In this document: piece by piece, positions 1 to 13,385 of the stretch
How positions within the stretch are numbered: position 1 is the stretch's first letter
Layout of the letters: each line of letters opens with the position of its first letter
Origin: Camelus dromedarius
Lineage: Eukaryota
Assembly (NCBI RefSeq): GCF_036321535.1
Contig: NC_087469.1
Span: 15,314,001 to 15,378,000, forward strand
Reading direction: 5' to 3'
Length of the DNA stretch: 64,000 bases
The notes under the pieces: generated by a model
What the model was told of the DNA's origin: nothing
Seen by the model: only the letters and a program-made list of their open reading frames with translations
The model's database searches: none
Position numbers and translations under genes: made by a program

Positions 1-1399
1 TTCTCAGGCTGAGTCTCGACCCGTCTGTCCCCCAGTTGCCTTATTACATTTCTGAGCCCACTCTGCTGACTTTATTTAATGAGGTTTATTGTTTGTGCTT
101 AGTAATTTTCAAAGCCCCATCACCCTCTTTGAGCTATCCCTCAGATCTTCAGCCTGCCAAAGAGGGGGGCTTTTGAAGCTCCCTTCATTAATTCAGTCCC
201 TAGCTTCTGCATTTAAAGGCACACGGGTTTGAAGTGTACAGAAGCCACGGTGGGAACATCTGAGAAGCATTCAAGGTACTGCACGTTATAAAGCCTGATT
301 AGGAAATAGCTCGGTGCTCCTGTCTGCTCCTGCCTTAGAACTTTATTCCTTATATCAAAACGATTCTGGGATATCAAAATATCACTGCCTGACTCTGATA
401 ATAACTTCCCAGAGTTTCAGACATTGGTGGAACAAAGATTTAATTTTAATTATCAGCAGCTCCATTAAAAAAAAAAAAACCAAAAACCTTCAGCTCTTGT
501 AAAGGACAGGGGCGCTGGGAGGAAGGATGGAGAGGAGGGTGGGTGTGAAAACAGCAGTGCTGTGAAGTTCTGCGCAGTGACTGCCGTTGACAGGCCTCGC
601 CATCCCTGGATGCAGGGACTCCTGGGCTGCAGACGGAGGAGGACTTTCTCCAGCTGCTGGTCTGTCTCGCTGTCTCAGGCAGCAAATGGCAGGGGCCTCT
701 CCCAAAGAAGCCACGTGGGCTGACAATCAAGGCAAATGTACAGACTCCAGAAACCACACTGAGGCAGCTGGCTTCAAATCCAGCCCTGACCAGCTGACTC
801 AAGGAAGGCTGGCTCCTAGGACCTGCTGTCCCGAGAGCCAGGGCAGTGGTGGAGGTGATGCGGGGCGGCAGCAGCGGGCAAGATCTAACACCCCCCTCCA
901 CACCTGCGTTAGTGAGGTCCCTGTTGTCACCGAAAGAGGAGCATGGTACTGGCCAGGCTAGCTCAGGGAAAGGAATCTTATCTAAGAACACCTAAGAGTG
1001 TCTGTGAAAGTCGGGCTGGGCTGGACATTGTTCAGGGAGTCGCCGATTATCAATTCTAAGCCACCAGCAGCCCTGGGAGCCACTGGGGCTCTTCCCTTTC
1101 CTTCTCTCGCAACCTGGAGAGAGATCACTGAATCAGGAGGCCTGAATGCTGGCCCCGGCCCTGCCAGGATCAGGGTGCAGCCCCAGGGAAGTCACATAGC
1201 CTCCCTGGTCTTCAATGGCTTTGCAGATTTTCCAACCATTTTTAGCAGTGAAAGTGTTTTCTTCTCCAAATGAGATTTTACATCCAAACTCACGATTTAA
1301 AATAACGAAGAGGGGCTGCCCTGGTGGCTGGAGGTCTCCCTCCCACCCTGCTGCCCCAGCCAAGGCTGAGGGACCTCAGAGCGCCCCGGCCCTGCTCAG

Positions 1400-1640
1400 A
1401 ACCCAACATGAAAACAAAGCTCTGAACTAGCTTTACGACCGCTTCTTGCTGTACCATTTATGACTTGATTTTAATCGCTACCATTTAGTATACACTCAGG
1501 AGGGGCCCTGAGAGAGGCACAAGTGACAGACTATTCTTGGGAGATCAGCTATCATTTATCCTTAAGGAGGAAGAAAAAAAATGACAACCCTGCAAAAATG
1601 ATTTCCCTTTCACAACCTTATTACGAATGCTAAGCGCAGC
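1400..1640. promoter_or_regulatory. Candidate conserved non-coding element (enhancer-like)
   Basis: Repeat-free, AT-richer block with TGATTTTAAT, ATCATTTATC and CTTATTA motifs. Conservation is inferred, not measured. Confidence 0.3.
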
Positions 1641-1657
1641 TGGAAGCAAGGTGAGGC

Positions 1658-1690
1658 TGTGTGTGCGTGTGTGTGTGTGTGTGTGTGCGT
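1658..1690. repeat. (TG)n microsatellite with two CG interruptions
   Basis: Directly visible TG run followed by GGTGGGTGGGTGTGG. Confidence 0.95.
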
Positions 1691-2884
1691 GGTGGGTGGG
1701 TGTGGTTGGAGGTTCAACCCTTCTTGCTATTTTGATTTTGTTTGCAGTAGCAGGGCCAAGAGAGCTGCGGCCCAACCTGAGTCCTGTGCCCCTGGCACGG
1801 GGGACACAGTCGCCCAAGATGGTCAGAGGGGCTGGGGGTCTCCCCACATCCCACGTGAGCGCAGGTAGCTCACTGGGCCTCCGGAGAGTGGGTCTCACGC
1901 AGGGCTGGTCTAGGGGACAAGCCCAGCCTGGCCGCGGTGGGCTGCCGGTCTGCGCGGGGGCGGTGCTGGGTATTCTAAGCGCCCATGGGACAGCTTTCAC
2001 TGTCCCCCTGCACAGCTGTTTGCATGCGAGGGAGGGATTTTGCGCATGGAGTAATTTTCCCTTATTGTTTGGCCTCCCTGCGTTCACCTCAGAGACGTAT
2101 CAGAGAAAAAGAGTGTTCTTCCGAGAAAATTTCAGCCTTTAGGATTCATACAAATAAATCTGCTGACTGCCCATGCCTCCCCCACTTCCCTCAAACCACT
2201 CACAACAATTCAGATAAATACCTTTTCAAATGGCGCTTCTCCTATAATTTCACTTCCTTTAAAAATGGTGATGGGGTTATAGCTGCAGCCCAGAAACGTC
2301 CATCACGCATTTATTCTCTCCAGCTCAGTGCTAGGCAGCAATTAGCAAAGGTAATACTAATTAGGTTTTACAATGTAGTATGTGTCCCCCTAAACTTAAG
2401 TCATAGCATTTTAAGCTTCTGATGATTGAAGGTCGCTCCGTTGGTCTCCATCATAGCAGGGGTGCTAACGAGTGTGTGTGGTATGCATGGGGATGCCCAG
2501 GTTCCTCTTGGCCTTTATTAGCATTTACTGGGTCACTCTACTTAATTTGTTGCTGAGCTCATGCCCTAAACAGAACCAGTGAACCAGCCACCTGCAAGGC
2601 TGGAAGTTTTAGACTCTAGAGAAACTGACCCGCTGTAAGTCCTGGCTGTCTGGGTTCTTATGAGATAATCCTTTGTTTTTCCCTGGACTTCAAAGCTTCA
2701 CCCTCTATTTGTCCCATCATCTCTACCACCTCCAAATGCACTTAAACTGGTTCCTTCCTGCTAAGAAAAAAGGTTATATTATTAGACTATGTATGTTATA
2801 AACACCTAAACATTCAGTTTCATGTTTTGATCATGTTTGATCCAGGATATTTTGGACAGAGTTTGTGTTTCCAGCATCCGTTTC

Positions 2885-2950
2885 TATTTTTTAGACTGTA
2901 AGCTCTCGGAAGGCAGAACACGAACCTGTGAGATGGTCTCTGCACATGTC
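2885..2950 (+). mobile_element. L2 3' end fragment
   Basis: TTAGACTGTAAGCTCTCGGAAGGCAG resembles the L2 tail (TAGACTGTAAGCTCCTTGAGGGCAGG). Confidence 0.5.
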
Positions 2951-3257
2951 TTCCCCAGAGCCACATGGTGCTCGGTGTTTCGCGTGGGCTTTTGGATGCT
3001 GCTGTACGGAATGAGACGGTGGGAAGGCCAGTGATGAGAGTCAAGCAGGATCCTCCCCGGGTGCAGCTGGAAGATATGACAAAATCTATTTCCAGGGGTG
3101 GCATGCCTGCGTCATCACGTCTGGGGGACCTCGGAGGATGATGTGATTCTGAGAGACACCATGGGGAATTCAGGCTTCCTGTCTTCCTTCAAAAGGAGTG
3201 AAGGGAACTGATGAGTTGAGGTTTGTATATACAAACTGGAGAAAGCTAGGGTGGCCT

Positions 3258-3745
3258 TCATTTATTTCTTTGGTAAGTATTTCTCCCTGTGTAGGGGTAC
3301 AGTGGGAAACAGGACAGGTGTGATTCCTGCCTCTTGAGCTGATATTCCAGTGTGAGGAGACCGCAGCAAGCAGCTACTTCCCCAGCTGATTCTTCATTTT
3401 TAATCATATTAAGTAAAATGAAGAGCTATGGGGTGCCCGATTTACTCAGTGAGTTCCAGGGGCTTCCCTGAGGAAGTGATGCTTCAGCTGGGCTCTGAGG
3501 GATGAGTAGGAGTCATCAGACTAATGGTAAAGGGGAGGGCATTCTAGGCACAGAGAGGAGATGCGTGAGGGTCCCGGGGCAGAAAACAGCCAAGAGCTAA
3601 AAGAACAAGAGGAGGGTGGCATCGGCTGAAGGCTGTTGGGCCAGGCTCCCTGTTGGAGCAGGCAGCTCTCTGCAGTCCCAGCCACAGAGCTTCATTTTTA
3701 TCCTTGGCCACGGGAACATTAAAGCAGGACAGTGACATCATCATT
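3258..3745 (-). mobile_element. L2 LINE fragment (antisense)
   Basis: TTCATTTATTTC start and GGCTTCCCTGAGGAAGTGATGCTTCAGCTGGGCTCTGAGGGATGAGTAGGAG, the typical antisense L2 core. Confidence 0.7.
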
Positions 3746-6689
3746 TATCACCCTCGTCCCCCAATGTTTTCTTGACCAGAGATCAAATGAGCTCTTGAGC
3801 TTTCTAGGCACTAAGAGCGGGAGATATCAAACCATTCATAACATGCTGCATCTTCTCTGGGAATCCAGAGGGTGTAGGGCTTCAAGGCAGCCTGCGAGAA
3901 GCCACAGATGAGCGTGAGAAACACTGAGCTTTGAAGGAATTAACTCCCAGGAAGAGGGATTCTCCGATGTTACAGCTTGTGACCGTTCCTAGTGCTTCCA
4001 TGACACCTGCCTCCCGTCGAGGAGCATCCTTCTTGTGGAAGGAGACGAAAAGCAGAGAGGCGGGAGGAGGGAAGGAACATCCAAAGCAAAGCTTCTGAGA
4101 AGCCCTTGGCGTTTTCCTGCTCCCCCTTTAAGAGAACTGAATGCCAGATCCCAGAAGAGCCGGACGGGGCCCAGGTCTCAGATGGAGCCAGGGTCTGAGT
4201 TACAACTCTTCTGGTTACTGAAAGCCCTTGTGAATAGAGCGCCGGCTTCTTCAGCCTCTGGAGCAGGTGGGGGTGGGACGTCCATTCCATCGCTGTCCTT
4301 AGCCTCCCTTTTACTGCTGCCCTGGGCCTGGGACAGAATGCATTCTGCCAGGAGCCACGTGGCCACACGACCCCATCGGGCAGATGGTTAGGACCCCAGG
4401 CGATGAACACTACTGGCCGCACACACTTACTGTGACATCGAGAGAAGACACTGCAGTGGCTTTGTCGCCAGAGCGAATGGCACATTCTCATAGGCTGATA
4501 ATGCAGAAATACAGTGCATTTGTAATAGACAACAAAAGGATTATCCCCCATTCATTTCAAAGCGCCCTTCATTCCATTGAGGGATTACATTTCTCTTTAC
4601 TTATCTTGCAAATTTTTTTTTTTTTTTAATTCTTGTTTTCTCTGAAGAGTGCATGCACGGCTTATGGCAAATATAAAATGTTGCTGGGCTTTTCAAGGCA
4701 AGGCCTCCATTCATCACAGAGAAGTCATTCTCCAGGACACCGTGAGTGCTCGAATCCACTGAGAGGTGTTTGGGTATCTAAGCAAGTAAGCCCACGGCAT
4801 CCTGCCTCTTTGCTAGTCTGCAGAGGGGAAGTGATCCCTAAGAAAAGGGCAGCATCTCAGAGCAGACCTGAGCTGGTCTTCTGAGTGGGCTTCTCTGAGT
4901 TCTCCCAACACGGGGCTTTGGGTCCCGAGGATGCTGCACGGCGCTCCTCCACACCTCCTCAAAGTACCTGGGCACGCTTTTTAAAGGTTTCTGCTGCTTA
5001 CTTGGAATGGAGAAAACATCAGAGCCTAAGAAGCAGGCAGAGCTGGGGTATTCCCAGCGGACGGAACACTGGCACAGGTGCCCTAGAAAACTGCGTGGAG
5101 AAGGTGGGGCCCGTCAGTGGCTTCAGTGCCCTCCATCCAAGGTGCGGGGGACTGTGCCAACTGGCCAGGACTGTAATGCCATCCAGAGATCCGACTCTGC
5201 TCAGACCCCCGGGTGAGGGGGAGCATGGTCGGCGGTCCCCGGCACCTGGGAATTCACTCACCACAGATGTCATCCCTGTGACTAGTTGCCTCTTTAGGTC
5301 TCATCCAAGCAGTTTCTGCTTTACTATTGTTGACACCCCTTATGCCCAGTCACACTTAGTCTTGTACTCCGCCCAGGGATATGTTAGTAAGTGTGGCTAT
5401 GGCTGCTGTTTGATGCTTCTGGCTCCTTTCATTGGCTCCTTTAAGACTTTGCAGACACAGGACGCTAGGAAGAGGCTGGGGAAGGAGCTGCAGTGGATAA
5501 TGGGCCCCGGGCGCCTTCCTGGGGCTGAACTCCTCCGAGTGTGCTGTGCCCTGGCCTCTTTCTTCCCTGTTCTTGCAACAATCCAAGCTATCAACCCTAG
5601 AAGTGTGCCTCACACACGTGGACTGCAAACAACTCCACAACTCTAACAATCTCTTCTGGCCCCTGGACCAGATGAGCACGTGTGGCCACATGGGGAAGAG
5701 CAGCGACTGGCCCAGGCCCACCGCGCTGGGGGTGGAGTGAGCAGAGTGTTGCTCCCAGGTGGGTGGGAAACCCCATGATGAAGCGGCCAGTCTGGGATCA
5801 CACAGTTTAGGAAGGCTTCTCTTTAAGGTGTTCAAACCCTTACAGACAATCAAAAGCTTTCCCCCAAGGGTTCTCTTATTTTGGAAAAAGACTTAACAAT
5901 TGAATGTGCAATTCACCTGGACCCCAGCATGGTCTACCACGAACATGAGACCTCCATCGTTCACCCGTCAAACTCCTAACCAAGCCCACTCCCCACCTCG
6001 CTGCCAGTGGGAAGGAGAGGGGAGCCTGCTTCCACGGAGGGTTACACTCACAGCCTCCCCCTGTTTGTGCAGAGCAGGGCTGTCAGGATGTTTTTATTTC
6101 CCCTCTCTGTGTGCTGCACAATGCCACATCAAAAATACATTTGCAGTGCAGCTTACTTTCCGAAGATGGATAATTTGGTTAAATCTCTTCCCCTTTGATC
6201 TCATCTCCAGTTTCAGATGAGCAGCAGTACACCACGCAGCAGCAGAAGCCCATTTTATGCTCGTGAAAAAGAATTTAATGACCCTCTGAGATAAAATTGA
6301 TCCTCTGATAAGATGGCACTTGTGGGCTACTTTGACAGAAACATTAAACTAAGTGAGTCTGTACATAGCCACTGATGGATGACACCCCGAGCTGCAGCTG
6401 GGACCAGGGAGGGCGTGTAACTTTGCCTCTGCTTAGGAAGGGGGACGAGATGCTCGTGCGGGCCAAGCCTGTCAAGCGCTGCCAGATCCCTGCAGAATGG
6501 GAATCGGAGCAGCCTTTAGAAGGCCTGCAGCTCACAGAGGTCGGGGAGTTTGCACGGCTGCCTTGCAGAGCCACACCATTCATGCCAGGCACCCTCAGGT
6601 TGCTGGCCCTGCTTCTGTTCTCTGATGCTGCTCCTTCCTACCTCGTGCACAGTTGAGAGTAAACACTTAGCGTCAAAGTTATCAGCAAT

Positions 6690-7355
6690 GAGAGTAAATG
6701 AAAACCACAATGAAATACTACTTTGTGCCAATTAAGCAAGCAAGAACTAGAAAAGCGGAGAACACCAAGGGCTAGTGAGCCCGTGGGGAGCACGGAACCC
6801 TCAGGTACTAGGGGTGAGAATGTAGACTAGTCAATTATTTTCAAACACACCTGGCAGTACTTAATAAAATGACGTATCCTAAGACCCAGAAATCTTGTCT
6901 GGTGGAATGAATGCTAGAATTTTCAAACAGGTTCACGGCAGTGGGGAATGGAATCAGAAGCAACCTAAAGGTCCATCGAAAGGGGATGGATGAATAAAAC
7001 TGATATATGTGTCAGTTAGAGACAAGAACTGGGTAAATACCAACAATATGAGCAGTTACTAAAAGCAGACTTGGATGGGAGAAGAAACGGAACTATCTAT
7101 GCAGCACTATGTCGTCGAGATAAATGAAGACCATTCACACAGAGAATGCTGCATGGTTTACATGCGCACTCAAAGACATGTAGCAAACATAGACTAGTTA
7201 CCTAGGGAGAGGAGGGGAAATAGGAGTGAGGACCAGGGATAAAGGTTAAAAAATACAGAAAAAAGAGTTCTTCCTCAACGGGTGCTAATATTCCATAAAC
7301 TGAGACGTACAATTAGCCGAAGTCTCTGTGGCTTATGTTCGACTTAAAAAAATAG
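6690..7355 (+). mobile_element. Old L1 (L1ME-like) ORF2 3' end and 3' UTR relic
   Basis: AAAACCACAATGAAATACTAC, GACCCAGAAAT and CAACCTAAAGGTCCATCGAAAGGGGATGGATGAATAAA match degraded L1M 3' ORF2 landmarks in the expected order. Confidence 0.7.
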
Positions 7356-9042
7356 CCATTAATTTAGAACACGGAGTGTGTAAATTTCAACACAAACTCT
7401 GATGATTACAAGCGAGGCTCCCTTTTCCAACTGTCCTGGAATCTACAAACCTGGACAGTCAGTAGGGCTGCTGTCAGATGAGGAGATGTGAAAGCAGGTG
7501 GAAAAAATCTCTCCCATTTCTGAGCTCCCTGGGACTGCAGGTAATAAAGGCTAACAGAAGGCAGGAGGTCAGTTAGACTCAGTTACAAACTAACTGACCC
7601 ACCAGATGGAAACAAACCCAAGGGATGTTCTACACTCTTGTAAAATGGGGATGTCCTACATACATGACTCCAATATGAGAAGTGCATTGACTTTCTGACT
7701 TGGGTATAATGATCATCTGGAGAGGCTGATCAAAACAAGAGCTGGTCTGAATTCTTTATAGCCTTTCACTCCTTATAGATGTGGAGATAGCCACGAAGAA
7801 GTGGATGGAGGTCATCAAAATCATTTGCACTTGTAAAATGTGACCCAGCAACCATTAAACACAGAATCTCTGATAAAAGCAGTAAAAAAAAAAAAAAAAA
7901 GTGTCACGTATCCTAACTGACAAAGGAAGGGAAAGGAAGGAGCTGAAAGTCAGATGTGGAGGGCTGATAAGAATCCTGTTCCTGGGATTATAATGGTGCC
8001 TGCTTTTCTCCCTCCATTTATCTAAGAATCTGCAAGAAGGTAGTGGAAGACAAACCTTCCTCAAAGTTGGGAATCGCCCCTCAATCTCTAGAAAGCTATG
8101 CCATTCCCATCAACTGGCCTATCTGACCAGATGAATCCTAGGGCTGGGGTTCTGGAAGCAGCTGTTGTGAAAGGTACTCTCAAGCCAAAGAGCTGAGCAC
8201 GGAGGTTGGTTAAGCCTAGGACTAGCAAAGCAGCAGTTCCTGAAGTTCTATAGCATTTGGACACACCATTTAGTTCACAAATGATCCCCAAATGTGACCC
8301 AAAATGTGTCATGGAGGCCCAGTGATTGAGTTTTACATATTAGAATAGGAAGAAAAGAAAAAAACAAAAAAGCAAGTCGAGGCCCTGGAAGACATCCTAG
8401 ACATGCAGCATTTCCTTAGCATCTTTCCTGGAGCTCAAATCTCCTTCTACAAAGCCAACACTGCCCTTCAGTTAAGCAAATCTGCTGGTGGTGGGAAGCA
8501 ACAATAGTCATATTAATTGTGTGGTGGTTGGTGTTTTGTAAAAGGCATAGTCGGTTGACAGATCCCTGATAAATCATCTTCCCTACCCTTCAAACAGGTG
8601 TTTTGCATGGTGGACACATGCTGCCAGAGTTGAGGAGTTAAATGCAAGGGTGTCTGCTCCCATGTGGGTAAAGACACAGGTCTCATGTGCTGAATTTATA
8701 TCAAATACGTAGTCTAACACCAGAACATGAATCCCTCAGTCATCGATAGCTTGCATTCTTCAAACCAAAGACCCCTTTATCACCAATGATCAAGGGGAAA
8801 GTGGATTCAGTTGGGGTTCAGAACTACTCAGAGGCTTCCTTGACTGCAGAGCTCTTGCATGTGAAAAATGCAGAGAAGCCTAGGAATAGAAATGACAGAA
8901 AAAAAAAAAAAAAGAAATACTGCAGGTCTATTGATGGCAACCCAATAGGAATGCATATTCATTTCCCAATAATGCACTCCCATTCCCTTTCCTTCTGCAA
9001 AGGGTTAAACAAAAAAGTAATTAAACAATGATTTCTTTATAA

Positions 9043-9193
9043 NNNNNNNNNNNNNNNNNNNNNNNNNNNNNNNNNNNNNNNNNNNNNNNNNNNNNNNNNN
9101 NNNNNNNNNNNNNNNNNNNNNNNNNNNNNNNNNNNNNNNNNNNNNNNNNNNNNNNNNNNNNNNNNNNNNNNNNNNNNNNNNNNNNNNNNNNNN
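9043..9193. other. N-run, 151 nt (unknown sequence)
   Basis: Directly visible. Confidence 0.99.
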
Positions 9194-10539
9194 AACTTTA
9201 AAGTATAATGTGCCGTGATCTTGTTGAAATCTTTCCTGTAATGATATTTCAGTGATGGGCAGGGGTATCAATGGTTCAGGCAAAGTATTGATTGTGTATC
9301 TTCAGGGCTGTCGAGCTCTTCCAGAGTGTTCTGTTGGAAGGGATGCATTGCACTTATTTAAAGACACTTTCAAAATAGTTGTAAGTTAAATCAAGTGACT
9401 GCTTTTTCTTGGAAACCAGGAAAAGAGGGGAAGTTAAGAGGGCAAGAGAGAGAAGAAAGGAACCTGGGGGAGACTTAAGGCAGAAATTAATGGCAAAGAC
9501 CGAAATATGGAACCAACAGCCAGGCGCTGGGATATTGGCTCAAACCTGTGTATGGTACCTGCTTCGAGTTACAGATTCTTCTTAGTGTCTGGCTCTCAAC
9601 ATTTTTCTTTTTGGCTTAGCTCACAACTTGGGTGTCTCAGAACGTCATATACGATGCTGACAAACTGATGAATAGCACCAAATGTGGGGCTATTTGTAAT
9701 TCTAATTACAGTTAGATTTGTAATTCTAAGTCATTTCCCCTACATGACTGTAAACTTCTTGGGGGGAGAGATTGAAAAAGTCCTTTTCTTGCTTGATAGT
9801 CTCAATAAAATACATGCATCTTGAGGGTGCCCAGTGCAAACGACTTCAACATCAGTTGTCCTCCTTGAAACAAAGAAATAACCAATGAATTCGCCGGGAA
9901 CCATTGCCATCCTAGAACTCACAGCTGAAGTGACTCCAGCTGGTTGCCAGGGGGCTCTGGGGACACCCCCACTGTGGTGTGAAATGTTTCAGGAGCATTG
10001 GAGCAAAGCCTCCCCAGCCACATTCTTCACTTCCACAGGACAATGAGTAACACCCCCAGTGCCCAGCACTCTGGGGTCTACAAAGCACATCCTGGCTCCT
10101 GGGTGTCACCCTTCAGTCAGAAACACCCACGGAGCCTTGGTCCTATGGTGTTACCATCAGCGAGAGTGCAGAGGGATTTGGGACCACCTAAAAGTTCTGT
10201 GGTGGAGTCTGGCAAGGAAATGCCCTCTGGGTGAAGGAGTCTAGATAATGGACAAAAGAGACCCAGTCCTGGCCAGATGGAACACGCTGTGTCTTTACAA
10301 CAGAGGAATAGTTTTCTTGCCATTGCTTAAAATTTCTGGCTTCCTTTTAGTTTGATTTTTTTGGATCAAATTAATCTATTTGAAATATGTGTATGCGCAC
10401 ATATATACACAAACTTATGCGACAGATATTCACTCATGATTTTAAAGTGCATGTTTCTTATGATATTAGTTTAAGGCTTTATAAAATGGAATTCAAAAGA
10501 ATGTATTCATGACTATATTGCCTTAATGCAGCAGATTTG

Positions 10540-10665
10540 TCTAACAAACATTTGTTTGGTACTTCCCACAAGGTGTCAAGCAAGGTGCTAATTTCTGTGG
10601 GTACAGAAGTGAAAGACATGCTCCTTTCCCTTAAAAGTCCACAATCTATGGGCAGATGAGTGAGA
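10540..10665 (-). mobile_element. L2 3' end fragment (antisense)
   Basis: AACAAACATTTGTTTGGTACTTCCCACAAGGTGTCAAGCAAGGTGCTA...TCCACAATCTATGGG pattern. Confidence 0.6.
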
Positions 10666-13234
10666 AAACCAACAATTACAATTACGTGAACAGAATGCTG
10701 GGCAAGCATGACGACCCAGCTCCCTTCCAATATCATGTATGAAAAACCCAGTTCCTACATGGCTATCTTCATGGAAGAGACGCAATTTTGTGTTCTGTTT
10801 CCCTCTTACCTGTGTTTCAATCACATTTCCTTCTGAGGACGTATCAACGTGCCTGCCCTCTCTCAGGCAGATTTTCTTTAAGTAAACAGAAATCTGGCCA
10901 CCAAAATGCTACCATCCGACATCTTTGCCTATATTCATTGATTTCATTTCTTCATCTGAATAATAATTTTTTTTTTTAAAAGGAAGCCCAGGATTCTTCG
11001 ACCATGTGAAATAAGCAAACAATCGTCTCACCATTCAGCCAGCAACATAGTGTCATCGGCCTGTTGTTTTCAGCTTGTCTAATTATCCCAGAAAGAATAG
11101 CTATGGTAAACATCCTCATATTGGCAAATATGCTTTTGATTTAAGAAATTTAATAGAGGAAAATGCTGGAAGCCTTGTAGTCATCTCTGCTATATTTAGA
11201 GGGAAACAGCCATCTCTCTGCAGTTACCATTTGGTATGAGCTTTAGGCACTCCATGTTCTTCTTTTCTTTCTTCCTTTTTCTTTATAAACTTTTTTTTTG
11301 TCTCCACCCCCCACCCCAGGTTAAGAATGCAGGGATCATAGTTGCACAATTATTAAGACGAAGCCACTTAAATTTCACCCTCCATAGATACAGTGTCGGT
11401 GGCAGTGTTTAATTAGAGATTAAAATCGAAGAACTGAATAATTGGGGTTGCTAATGAATTTGGAAACTCAGCAAAGCAAGGAGAGCTGGGCATTTTTCTG
11501 ACTTTGGTTTTCTTTTTCTTGAACCCTTTTTCATTTCCCTCGATGATCACATTTCTGGCCCTGACCGCTCAGTTTATTACTACTCGTACCCTTGGCCTAA
11601 GTGAAGACAAAAAAGCTGCAGCCTCTTTGCTGAGTTCCTGGAGCCGTTCAGTCTACTGGATTTACAGCATGTTCAGAGGTCGTGATTGCAGGAGGTTGGC
11701 AATGATGAAAATGAGGTATGTGGGGGCACCGACAATTTCTGTAATCACCCTAATAGGTCAGCATGACAACGGATGCTGCCAGCTGGAAAAATAAGAAGAT
11801 GGTCCTAAATCAAAGAAATTTCCAAATATCGCAAGTCCTCCTGCCCCCTTGCCCCCGCAGGGAGACCGGGTTATTTGGGCACCTTGCCTGGGAGGTGCAC
11901 GTTAGCTTCAGGTGCCCAACAATGAATGTAGTCCCTTGGTTTACCCTGAAACACAATCGACCCTCCCCAAGGTGGTCCTATGATACCCTTGTCCTGGGTA
12001 GATAGCACACTTCAAGCCCAACCTGGAGGTAATTCTCAAGCAGGGATTTCTGCATTGGGAGGTGGCTGGATTGTAAGACCTCGAAGGTTCTTTGCAACTC
12101 TGAAATGCTATGATTTTATGAAAACGCAAAGAGCAAACTGCCTGGCTCTAAGAGGACCATCCCCTTGGAAACCTCTTTTTAATACAAAGGCAAAGCTTTT
12201 AGGACTATTTTTATCAGTTGGACACTGTACTTCAGAAGATGCATTTCAAGCTTCATTTAGCACAAAATCTAGGTGGTGTAAACCAGCCTTCAACGTGAAC
12301 ATCTGCATTTTTATGGCCAAAGGCCCCCACACTTATGATTACTTGCTATTTTGCTGTTGCTGGTTAAATTGTGCCCTGATATTTACTGCATCTCTGGCTC
12401 TAATCAGACTGATTACTCACAGGGATATTACAGTTGTTAAAGAGACCCGGTCTGAAGCAACATCAATATGACAGACTTTCGGTCACAAAATCTTTTATGA
12501 ATAAGGGGTCATTCCTAGTAACATTTCCTTAAGACTTCTTAGCCACACTTCTTAGTTCGGCTGCTGCTGCTTTTCCACTGATGAATCTAAATAGATGTTT
12601 TTGACAGCAGGGAAAGAAAGAATCTGTTTTATAAGACTGCTCTTACTTGGACCAGGAAAGTCTGTCTCCTGCTCCCACTCAGCACATCTATAGCTTAGGG
12701 GGAAAGTGGTCAAGGAGGGAGGTCTGCATAATGTGCATATTTAATCTTGCCTTATCTACTTTTCTTCCTCGTTCACTCAATGTTTGCAACACTCTCTTTG
12801 TGTCTGTAAGCATCAGTGCTATTCCTCTGAGACAGTAAGACCCCAGAGAACAGAAACTGTGAAAATGCTCTTTGAAGGTGTCTAAGACAGAGGATTGTTA
12901 TGTATATAAAAAATAACTGACTGCAGATGATGATGATGAAATGGTGACATAAAATCCCATCTTCAGATTGGCATTTGTGGCAGTGCTTCAGAGGAGATGT
13001 TAACGGGGGTCTGGGTCATCCCCTGGTCTGGCAAAAAGGGCAGTGCTATGTCTAGAGTCCACTTCGTATCACCGATGGATGGCCCTGATGCCACATCGCT
13101 CGATTTGTAGAGGGGGAGCTGGGCTCGATTCAGAGGGGTTTCTCCTTGAAGGCGGGACCCGCCGAGCACACGTGGATGGAGGAGATGGTTAATGGCTTTC
13201 AGTGAAGGTGAGGCTCACACAGGGGGCTGCTAGT

Positions 13235-13385
13235 TGTGGGTCTGAACCAGGGAGACGGGCTTCTGGTGAGATTCATGGAAATCCTCTAACCTTCAACTGC
13301 CTTGTTCTCTCATTTGCAAAGTGGTATCCTGGGCGAACAGCCCTAAATAACTGTGATTCATCAACATGCCAGGTAGGCACTTCTA
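13235..13385 (+). mobile_element. MIR fragment
   Basis: Degraded core CTGCCTTGTTCTCTCATTTGCAAAGTGG. Confidence 0.4.

Noticed and set aside
446-991. Overlapping 181-aa (-) and 124-aa (+) ORFs
   Set aside because: Open on both strands because of GC content. Non-ATG start and no family resemblance.
3970-4551. 193-aa minus-strand ORF with overlapping ORFs
   Set aside because: Not protein-like, and it spans an enhancer-like non-coding block.
4885-5646. Longest ORF in the track (253 aa)
   Set aside because: Starts at GTG, has no recognisable domain or coding-like composition, overlaps other short ORFs on both strands and has no splice context. This is expected by chance in GC-rich mammalian DNA.
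7600-7850. CR1/L3 assignment from DHLERL-like wording
   Set aside because: Similarity is too faint and split across frames to call without an HMM search.
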